DNA from: Dicyema japonicum
Lineage: Eukaryota; Animalia; Dicyemida
Assembly (NCBI GenBank): GCA_011109175.1
Contig: RDEW01000002.1
Location: 1,337,584 to 1,401,583, forward strand
Direction of reading: 5' to 3'
Length of the DNA stretch: 64,000 bases
Part shown: in pieces, positions 26,076 through 36,453 of the stretch
Layout: each line of letters opens with the position of its first letter
Numbering within the stretch: the stretch's first letter is position 1
Position numbers and translations under genes: made by a program
Notes under the pieces: generated by a model
The model's database searches: none
Told to the model about the DNA's origin: nothing
The model's input: the letters and a program-made list of their open reading frames with translations, nothing else

Positions 26076-26120
26076 CAGGGATGTCGAACTCAATTCCCTT
26101 TGAGGGCCGCATTGACAAGC
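26076..26120 (+). mobile_element. hAT-type element left end
   Basis: CAGGGATGTCGAACTCA...GAGGGCCGCA, typical of Charlie-like hAT termini. Confidence 0.55.
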
Positions 26121-26286
26121 TGATAGTCGGATCGATATACTGGTTAGAGATGCTCCAATGCCGAGTTGTAAGTAAATTAATAGTAGCATGTCTATTGAAT
26201 ATCGATTTTTTAACGGTTCGTATTCAACCGTATCTCATTCTGAACCGGTCACAATAAATATCTATTGTCTCATTTAATTTTGTGAA

Positions 26287-29280
26287 TTTTTTTACCCCAA
26301 GATCACCGGATTAGAAAAAGTTAAAAGTTAACTACTAACTAAGTGATCCCGGTTTTCCGAGTTCTGGCTCTAGTTCGGGGTCCTCGAAGATCCAACAGAA
26401 TTCGTAAAAACGGAGACGGTCTCATTCTCCATAAATTCCCCGCATTTTCTAGATAGTCAGATATAGAGATTAAAAGCGGACAGCCGGTTTTTATTGCCCA
26501 CTGTAGANACCGGATTAGAAAAAGTTAAAAGTTAACTACTAACTAAGTGATCCCGGTTTTCCGAGTTCTGGCTCTAGTTCGGGGTCCTCGAAGATCCACA
26601 GAATTCGTAAAAACGGGGACGGTCTCATTCTCCATAAATTCCGCGCATTTTCTAGATAGTCAAATATAGAGAGTAAAAGCGGACAGCCGGTTTTCATTGC
26701 CCACTGTAGAAATGACTCCACTCTTCACCTTAGATGTTCTTTAACATTCAATACGTTATCCACATTTTTTTATTAATTATTTTCAAGACAGGAAATTGTG
26801 CGGTTTCTAATTTTCGAGACGACGATTCAGAAATCATCGAGCTCCATTAAGGACATGCGTATTTGATTACTGGCAATATGTATTGTCTGTAAATTTTCTG
26901 TAGTAAAAAGGTGTTGCGCCGGATTGGTGATCGGGACAAAATTTTCAATATGTTGGTCTCCCTCCTGACCTTGATAATAACTTCATTGACGTGTTGGCCA
27001 AATGTCAGGAGAGTATCCAACTTTAATCCTAGTATTGTTGGAGACTTATATGAATTTCATATCGGAAACAATTTGATTTTGGGAGGATCTAATGATCTTC
27101 TATATGTAGAGAAAATTGTTATAAATGACTTTCCTGTAGAAACTTCCAGTCGATTTGATATGAGCCAATGCTCCAAAATACCAATATAACTTTGAATTTT
27201 CATTCCTACCTTCTCAAAGTTAGAGTCTCTCGTCGCATTAACAATGTCATCTGAGTATGAGAGTATCAATGTATCGGAATCATCATTGGTGGGAAAGTCA
27301 TTGGTGTACAAGTTAAAGAGCAGGGGAAAGAAGTGAACCTTGAGGGACACCATTCGGCAATAAACGGGATTTAGATTTTCTGTTGTTTGACATCACTTGT
27401 CCTCTTCTTCCAATTAGAAAATTCGACAGTCTTCTTTTAATGTTTGGATTTATAAGAGTTTCAGAAATTTTATATATAAGTAGCGTCCTGGAAACGAAGT
27501 CGAATGCTTTCTTCAAGTCTATTGAAGCCATTGTGGTCTTTTTATGTGGTTTTGGATAGGAGAATCCATCAGATATATATTGAGTTAATTTTGTTAAGTG
27601 AGTCGTAGTAGAATGATTTTCATGGAATCCATGCTGGAATACTCGATTTTGTAAAATATCTTTGATTCGTGTTAAGATTAATTTTTCCATAATTCGGGAC
27701 AACGCACATAATATTGCAAATTGGACGATAAAAGAGGGATCGTTTGCAAGTTTGTTTGGCTGCCGAATTGGCAAAATTATGGATTTCTTCCATATAGAAG
27801 GTATCATATTATTGTTCACAGATAGAGTATAAACGTATGATAGGAATTCGGTTGCTTTTTCACCAAGGTGTTTCAGTTCCATCATCGAGATATTGTCAAC
27901 ACCTCGGGAACGGGAGTTTTTGGCATCCATGATTGCGTTTCGAACTTCTTGCGGAGTAAAGACAATCAAGTCATATGATGGATACAACTTTTTGTTGACT
28001 CTGTGTTCCCTCAAACATAGTGTTTCATTAAAATATTTGGGTCGATATTGCTACATCCATGTGTATGGAAGGCTTTCTCAGAGCCTTCATTGCAACGTCT
28101 CAAATATTTAATTTTTTTCCATATCAGCGTCTCAGATGTATTTGGCGATAGAGAATCAATAAGTGATGTCCATCGCTTCTTGATAGGGTAACTTGTTTAA
28201 TTTGTATATTTAAGGTTTTCATTTTTTTAAATCGTCATTTGATAATTCTTTTTGCCTCTTTAATTTATTTCTTTATCTGATAAGTGTTTGTGTATGAATA
28301 TTATAATAGGTATTCCTTGTTTGATGGCATTGGAATAAATAGTTTTCTTGCTTGGAGTATAATGTCCGTGAAAGTTTTGATCTTGTAATCAATTGATGAG
28401 AATACCAATGTGTAAAATACTTCCATATTGGTGTCGATGTAATTAGAGAAGTTGGACCAATCCGCGCTTTCAAAATTAAAAAAATGGAATTCTGTTGATA
28501 AATTTATTTTCAGTGTTGATTTTCATCATAATAGGGTTGTGATCACTTCTTAGTTCATATTTTACAATCAAGTTAATAAGGGGAAACATTGATGGGGAAT
28601 ATAAAGAGAGGTCAGGGGATGTAGGTTTGCCTCCTGTTCGAGTAGGTGATCTTGTGTTGCTTTTGGTGTTATTCAATTTACAAAATTGTCCCAAATTTCT
28701 GGCCAGTAGGTTTCCTCTACTGTCTGGTTTCTGATATTAGTACCATAATTGATGTTTGACATTGATGTCACCGCATAGTAGTACGTTATTGAGGTTTGAG
28801 AAATTCTGTAGGTTAAGGTAATACCCACTTGGACAGGAGCTAGTAGGTGGAATATATACATTGACAATATTTATAGTTTTCATAGGAATTCTAATATTTA
28901 TGCCAATTAGTTCCGAAAAGTCATCTTCTAGATAGAATTTTCGGATTTTGTTTGAAATATCTTCATGTTGAATTCCATTTCTTATTAGTGTCATTAGTCC
29001 TCTAGCAAGCGTAATCTTTCTTACGGATAACGGAGTATCCGGGAAAGGTTAGGGTTCGTATGTTTGTAGCTTTGTCTCTTGGAATAGAGCAATGTCAATT
29101 TTATTTATATTGAGCAAGTGGCGGACTTCCAGCACCTTGTTTCGTATTCCGTTATATTGATTTGGACCAGGTTGATTAGAGCGTAAATTAGAGCGTACCC
29201 GGAAAACCATCCTCCTTCATGGATAAGGAAAGTGCAGTTCTTTTTAACATCATGTGATGCATAACCACGCGGCATTTTTT
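26287..29280 (-). mobile_element. Jockey/I-like LINE, ~3 kb, APE-RT, decayed; 3' end duplicated around the N at 26508
   Basis: NGIRNK, LFQETKL, NVYIPP, CGDINVKH, SDHNPI, DLKKAFD, GVPQGSLLSP, YSDD. Ends CCGGTGATCTTGGGGT plus A-tail. Confidence 0.85.
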
Positions 29281-29359
29281 TATTGATAATTATTTTAATT
29301 AAAAAAATGTGAATTTAAGCTGCTAATCTGTGAATTTAAATTAAAAAGTAATTAAAATT

Positions 29360-30244
29360 TTAATTAAAAGTTTTAATAAAATTAAGAGTGTCTCTCCAAT
29401 TATTAACTGCTGTAGAATTGGTTAAAGGACTGATGTAAATTTCATAATCATTACCTCCCTTATATAAAATATAAATTATTAACCTTATGAGTTTTGTCAC
29501 CCAAAAAATAGATATTATTAATATTATTTTGTTGTAATATTGTGATTGCAAAACTCTTATCCCAACCACAAGGAAATACATCAACACTAATTTGTCCACC
29601 TAAATATATTAATGTATTAAACCGATTGAAAAGTTTAAATTATAATTTTTAAATTTATGACTTAAATGATTGACTAAGTTGTTTCTTATAGAATGATCCT
29701 TTAATAAAAATAATAATACTTGATCATATTGGGAAAATAAATATCTTTGTTCATCAGTGCAGTCACGACCAATTGGAGCCAAATTAATTAATCCGTCTCT
29801 AATCTGAACAAAGGTTGAACTACCATTAGTCAAATAATACGTTCTAAATGGCAGTTCTAATTTTGACATATACCACTTTGAGTATGATATAATCTCATCA
29901 AATCTTTCGAATCCAATCTCGTCTCTCATACTCTTCAAATATACAATTTCTATACATTTTCATTAATAAGAGTCCCGTTTTTGTAAGCCTTAATACCATT
30001 TTCAACAAAAACATAATCAAAATTACACAAAACTATTCAATTACTATAATAATAACCATCTTCTCCCAATTGTTCTTTCATCATATCCAAAGTAGAACCA
30101 CTAATAATCCCTATAAGAGTCTTTCTTCTTAGTTCTTCTAGAGCTAACCTCATTTCATCATCTATTGGCTTTATTATTTAACAAGTAGTAAACCTTCCTA
30201 GGTGGAGTAATAGTACCATCCACATCAAATAGAACAATAGACAT
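29360..30244 (-). CDS. PMM2: Phosphomannomutase (HAD family); 8 exons, 7 introns of 21-25 nt
   Basis: LFDVDGTIT, FDYVFVENG, APIGR, GGQISVDVFP.GWDK, FLGDKT|GGNDYEI. Intron lengths in transcript order: 25, 24, 23, 21, 21, 23, 25 nt. Confidence 0.92.
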
Positions 30245-30304
30245 ACTACTATTAATTTAAATTATAATTAATATATTATGGTTTTTATTTAATAATTTCC
30301 TACA

Positions 30305-30500
30305 TATACAGGTTAATGGTTGGGCCGAGTGGCGTACTGTAACGGGTGTCAGGCAAGAGGCCTTAAGGTCGCTGAATCCCCATACTGTACATTTCGGTCG
30401 AAGGTTCCACGCAACTCTGCTTTGGCTTGATGATTGACGTCGTCATCAGTGAAAATTTCACTGCGGAACCGGATCGTCTATATAGGACATGCGCTTAACA
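30305..30500 (+). mobile_element. Short RTE RT fragment immediately upstream of PMM2
   Basis: Translates QVNGWAEWRTVTGVRQ..LNPILY..MIDVV, resembling the RTE TGVRQG motif. Confidence 0.5.
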
Positions 30501-30715
30501 AACAGAAAACAAAAGAAGTGAAGATAATTAATTGGTTCTCGCTCATCTATTAGTTATGATAACTGCTCCTTGCTTAAAATAAAGTGTGTGATCTGCCTGA
30601 GGGAAGAGATAGCTGATATGGCTCATTGGTTCTCGCTCATCTATTAGTTATGATAACTGCTCCTTGCTTAAAATAAAGTGTGTGATCTGCCTGAGGGAAG
30701 AGATAGCTGATATGG

Positions 30716-32179
30716 CTCCTTGTAAAGTGCATCACTTTTTTTTGTTTTTTAATGGTTGGTAACTTGACTTTTGAACAATATGTCTGGAAAATACGGAATT
30801 TATGGACTTAATTTCTTCCCCTGACGTTCAATCTCAAAAAGAACTTTTTTAGGATCTATCAAGATACAAAAAATTTTCGGATGCATTCAAGAGACAAAAT
30901 TAACCAACGAGATAGAAGAACAACATGGAGAGTTTAGGATAATCTTCCTTCCCGACGGATTCAGGCACTTTGTGCTGGGATTCGCTGTAAAAAATGACTT
31001 AGTCGTGAGAATACACAGTTATTGGAGTTTAAACTACAGAACTGAATATTACAAATAAAATCAGACAATCCTAATTCCACCAAGTGTTATCTAACCACCA
31101 TAAACATATATGCTTCCCACAGTATAGCTTAATAATGATGCGCGTTTATTATTGTAAGTACTTTTGTTCTTCTGTACAGTGAAACCAAGCCAATAGTATT
31201 TTGAGTCGTCAAATTGTCTTATTTCAAAAATAAAATTGTCCTAAAATATGGCATAATTATTTGTTTAATTATATTATTTTTTAATTATTATAAAACCATT
31301 AGATCTCAGAGGCAAAAATGAAGAACGAATTTCAAAAACAATTTCCAAAAAATTATCCATATTTACAAAAACATTTAAAGGAAATTTATTTTGCCAAAAA
31401 TGCTCTAAGATAGTAAAACCATCGAAACCAGTGATTCCCAACCTTTTTGAGAACACGGAACCCNCTCCTTGTAAAGTGCATCACTTTTTTTTGTTTTTTA
31501 ATGGTTGGTAACGTGACTCTTGAACAATATGTCTGGAAAATACGGAATTCATGGACTTAATTTCTTCCCCTGACGTTCAATCTCAAAGAGAACTTTTTTA
31601 GGATCTATCAAGATACAAAATATTTTCGGATGCATTCAAGAGACAAAATTAACCAACGAGATAGAAGAACAACATGGAGAGTTTAGGATAATCTTCCTTC
31701 CCGACGGATTCAGGCACTTTGTGCTGGGATTCAATGTAAAAAATGACTTAGTCGTGAGAATACACAGTTATTGGAGTTTAAACTACAGAACTGAATATTA
31801 CAAATAAAATCAGACAATCCTAATTCCACCTGTAAAAAATGACTTAGTCGTGAGAATACACAGTTATTGGAGTTTAAACTACAGAACTGAATATTACAAA
31901 TAAAATCAGACAATCCTAATTCCACCAAGGGTTATCTAACCATCATAAACATATATGCTTCCCACAGTATAACTTAATAATGATGCGCGTTTATTATTGT
32001 AAGTACTTTTGTTCTTCTGTACGACGAAACCAAGCCCATAGTGTTTTGAGTCATCAAATTGTCTTATTTCAAAAATAAAATTGTCCTAAAATATGGCATA
32101 ATTATTTGTTTAATTATTATAAAACCATTAGATCTCAGAGGCAAAAATGAAGAACGAATTTCAAAAACAATTTCCAAAA
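30716..32179. repeat. Two adjacent ~750-bp copies (30716-31463 and 31465-32179 continued at 34902-35025), each containing an RTE APE fragment; probable haplotypes
   Basis: Near-identical sequence either side of the N at 31464; CIQETKL..RHFVLGFAV APE remnant. Confidence 0.85.
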
Positions 32180-34901
32180 GGAAAGAGACCGTCTTGGGGC
32201 TAAAGACTCCGTTCGTCTCGACGACCACTGGCTGTACATGGAAACGGTTTAGGAGGCTGCTGTATTTCTTTATTTTTGAGTTTTCATATAAACGGGCGGC
32301 CTCTCCCGCTTTAATTGCCGACCTCAAAAGTTTCGACTGGGAAAAGCTGTCAGTACAGGCAGCATCCCAAATTAAGCATTTGCCCCGAGAGAAGGGGAAG
32401 ACAGTAATTCCATCGGGTCGCTTTCCATCATCCCTACTCAAGCCAGTTGGCTCTAGAATGGATGGGTATCCCGCCAACTCGAGGGCGCGCTTCACCACTT
32501 CATTTACAGCCTTGTGTCTAGCGAATCGACCTGCGCTTTTTCGACAAGAAAGGGCATGATGTCCATAGCAGTCGACCTTCCGGCCGCATCGGCACTCATG
32601 GGGTTGACAAACTTTCAATCCAAGTCTGATGGAGACTCCNNNNNNNNNNNNNNNNNNNTCTAGCGAATCGACCTGCGTTTTTTCGACAAGAAAGGGCATG
32701 ATGTCCATAGCAGTCGACCTTCCGGCCGCATCGGCACTCATGGGGTTGACAAACTTTCAATCCAAGTCTGATGGAGACTCCGGTGCGGACCGATTCATCG
32801 TCTAGGTGAGTTCCCACGTTTCCAATGGGTAGGGCATTGATCCAAGCCCCGATCCACTCGGATCTTGCAGTTAAAAGACAGGCTCGTCGGTTTTGGTTAG
32901 ATATTTTCAAAAGCCTCTCGTATTTATCCTCGCAAACAGACTCATAAAGGTCACTCTGCCCGAGTTGTTTGACTTTAGGGTGTACCAAATCTTCGATCTT
33001 TGACGACTCTAATGGGAGCTGGGGAATCATCATGATCAAATTCTGATTGGAGTCCAATGAGGATTGATATGCCGGGTGTGCTAAATCAGATGGTGAGAGA
33101 ATTCCGAGTCCACCAAAGCGAACGGGCAAGGTTGCTTGTTCCCATCCCTGTTCGTCGAATTCGACATTAGTAATACGTTCGGTCGTAGACCGGAATAGGG
33201 AGTCAATCGCCCGAGTTGTTGCATTTTCAGGTAACATGGAGCTCCTCGAAGGACGTAATTTAATTTCTGCGTTTTTCATGAGAAAAAGAGAGGTATGTGC
33301 ATCCAGCATCCCAAGGCGTAAAAAAGTTTTTCTTAGTTGCTGTTCTTTAGCCAACAGAGTGTCGTTAATTCCAGTTTCAGCCATAGGGCATCCAAGTATT
33401 TCCAAATGATCCGGCTCGATTTCCGATATTTTAGGAATAATCCCCCGAAACATTAATAGGATCCGATTCCATTCATATCGGGAGAATCCATAATTAACAA
33501 TTTCGCATTTGGATGCGTTTAGCTTTAAACCAAGCGTATCCAATTGGGTTAGTAATCTCTGTAGACAGTCATATACATTGTTAGGATGACCTCCCAGGGT
33601 GCAATCATCCAAATACCACACGTTCAACGGAGTAGTAAGGCATCTCATGACACGGTCGACACCGAGGCAGAACAATGCCGGTCCTAGTAGGGTCTCCTTG
33701 CTGAACCCCACACGACGAGGGAATGAAGTATTTCCCATGTACAAGACTGGACGGTTTTCCATACGAACAATGAACATAATTATATATAGACGGGTAATGG
33801 GTAAGACAATCTTCCAAAATTACATCGCGTCGTATGGTATTGAAGGCGTTTTTTATGTCAATCTTGAGGACCACACAGGGCATGTTCGTTCTGTTTCCAG
33901 TGAACATCCGAACGGCATGAACCGCCGCATCACATCCACCAGGAGTACCGACCCCTACTTGGGTTGGTCGCATTTGTTTGACAAGCATCGGAAGGATTGC
34001 TCTGCTAGTAAGTTTAGAAGCCAATCGACGAAAAACAAACCCAACAGCAATAGGACGAATTCCTCCTCCACATTTATCAAAGGCAATTAACTTGGCGGAA
34101 AACATAATATGACGGATTGCTTCTGGTAATCTTCCGGAAAGCATTCTGTTGATTAACCTCGTTATAGCTGATAATAGCCGAACACCAGAGTTCCCCGTAT
34201 TCTGATCAATTAAGTCTTTTAGGTGTCCTGGACGGAGTCCGTCAAGTCCCCCACTGCTGCTTGGGGCGAATGAGAGGATCGCATCTTTCACGTCCCCCTC
34301 AGAAATAATCAGACTAGGTAATTCTCCAGAGCAAGTAGGGATCTGTTCGTCCACTGGCGGACCAGGATGTCGTTCAACCAGTGCATCGTAGGAGTGTTCA
34401 GTTGGCTCAATTAGACGGTTATGCTCTTCTAGAGTCCTCACGGCGGCCCGGACTCCACCTTCAGATAGTTTGCGATGTATCGCTCTTCCCAATCTTTGTG
34501 TTTCTGAGGCATGGTTCTCGTGGTTTGAGGGCTTGAAGGTATATTCTCGGGAGTCACTGAACAAATTTCCAGAAGAAAACAAGCAAATATTTTCTTTTAC
34601 AATAGACTTGAGCGATTCCTGATCTTTCCTATTCTGACAGGGCATACATAGCGTGTATGGTGCAAAGTAGAATAATCGTGCAAGCAGCAGTGGGGGACTT
34701 GACGGCCCCAAGACGGTCTCTTTCCTTAGAGCACTTGGGTGTCTATTGACCAAAGCCTCGAGGGAGCGTCGAGAAACCGAGTGGCTTTTCCAAAGGATAT
34801 CCCTGGCAGTAGTCAGAGGTAACAGCCACTCGATCATATCCGCTGGACTTTAGAACGATTTTATTGTTATAAATAGATGTTATTAATATGTTAAAAAAAA
34901 A
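32180..34901 (-). mobile_element. CRE-like RLE retrotransposon insertion with inverted 5' part (minus 32180-34680; plus-strand 3' end and polyA 34705-34901)
   Basis: RT (IRPIAVG, DIKNAFN, GVQQGDP, YLDD); CRCG..D.YGHHALSC Zn knuckle; KRPDG RLE; TSD AATTTCCAAAA at 32169-32179 and 34902-34912. Confidence 0.85.
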
Positions 34902-35479
34902 AATTTCCAAAAAATTATCCATATTTACAAAAACATTTAAAGGAGATTTATTTTGCCAAAAATTCTCTAAGGTAGTAAAACCATCGAAACCAGTGATTCC
35001 CAACCTTTTTGAGAACACGGAACCCTATCAACATTTTTCATTTTAAACGGAACCCTTATATAGTTTTTAACAATTATCAGTATTTTACTAATATTAAAAA
35101 ATAAAATGCTAGTTAGTGAGATGATTGAAGCTGATGTCACTTGCAAAGCTCTATAATATTTGGCCTTGTCCTTGAAGGGATAAACGCAGGTCTTCTTCCA
35201 CATACAGTAGGTTCGCGCGTTTTTATGCTTTATATTTGTTAATGCAGAAAATCCACTTTCACAGAGATAAGTCGTTGAAAACTGAACCAAAACTCTTAAA
35301 GCTTTGTTTGTCAGAATATGATATTCTTTTTTTACAATCAGACAAAACAAATCAAGCTGCAAATATTTCATTTTAACGTTCTGTAACTTGAAACAAACGC
35401 AAGTTCTTGCTACTTTTTTTAATGATAGCTCGTTTCCAGTTATTTTGTACTCAGTAAAAGGATTCTTCACTAATCATAG

Positions 35480-35851
35480 AGTTCAACTGATGTGGGAGCT
35501 CGATGATTTCTGAATCGTCGTCTCAAAAATTAAAAGCCGGACAACTTGCTGCCTTGAAAATAATAAATAATAAAACTGTGGATAACGTATTGAATGTTAA
35601 AGAACACCTAAGGTGGAGAGTGAAGTCATTTCTGCAGTGGGCAATAAAAACCGGCTGTCCGCTTTCACTCTCTATATCTGACTATCTAGAAAATGCGGGA
35701 AATTTATGGAGAATGAGAACGTCCCCGTTTCTATTAATTCTATTGGATCTTCGAGGACCCCGAACGAGAGCCAGAACCCGGAAAACCAGGATCACTTAGT
35801 TAGTAGTTAACTTTTAACTTTTTATAATCCGGTGATCTTGGGGTAAAAAAA
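35480..35851 (+). mobile_element. 5'-truncated LINE 3' end (family of 26287-29280) inserted in the hAT
   Basis: High similarity to the reverse complement of 26290-26830; ends CCGGTGATCTTGGGGT plus A7. Confidence 0.85.
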
Positions 35852-36182
35852 GCTGATATGGGTGGAAAATAATTATTCGTACATGTAAATAGTGACTCCA
35901 AATGGTCTACAATTTGTGGAATAATAAAATTTCTTTCTTGCATATGAGAGAACATTTCCAAGTTTCCATTCGTGATATGTAATTTCCATATTTGTATTTT
36001 TTCAGAAAAGCAGCTATTTTGTCCGCACAATTCAATAGATTTTCGTTTCTTTTTTGAATGCTGCGATTGAGAACATTGAATTCATGAAAAATATCGGTCA
36101 GGTATGCTAATTTGCAACACCAACATTCATCATTGAGACATTCAATAAAGTCATATATCACCTATCATCATTGAGATATTCA

Positions 36183-36323
<141 letters not shown>

Positions 36324-36453
36324 TCAACCTCATTTTGATGTAATTAATTAGTTTACAACCATGTCCAAAGCACATTTAACTTTATGCCCAATAGTTTTTG
36401 CGATCAATACCTCACGATGAAGAAAACAATGCGTGTGAATAATGTTCAGATTC

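Noticed and set aside
29150-29230. 2A-like NPGP signal before the LINE APE domain
   Set aside because: NQPGP is not in a D(V/I)ExNPGP context; the sequence is better read as the frameshifted APE start LVQIN-NGI.
30305-30500. GC-rich island upstream of PMM2 resembling a tRNA A-box or ncRNA
   Set aside because: No cloverleaf or proper B-box; it translates as an RTE RT fragment (TGVRQ motif).
23970-32760. Tandem duplications flanking Ns (24174, 26508, 31464, 32640-32658) as biological repeats
   Set aside because: Near-identical copies abutting gaps are typical scaffolding or haplotype artefacts. Only the empty/filled-site information was kept.
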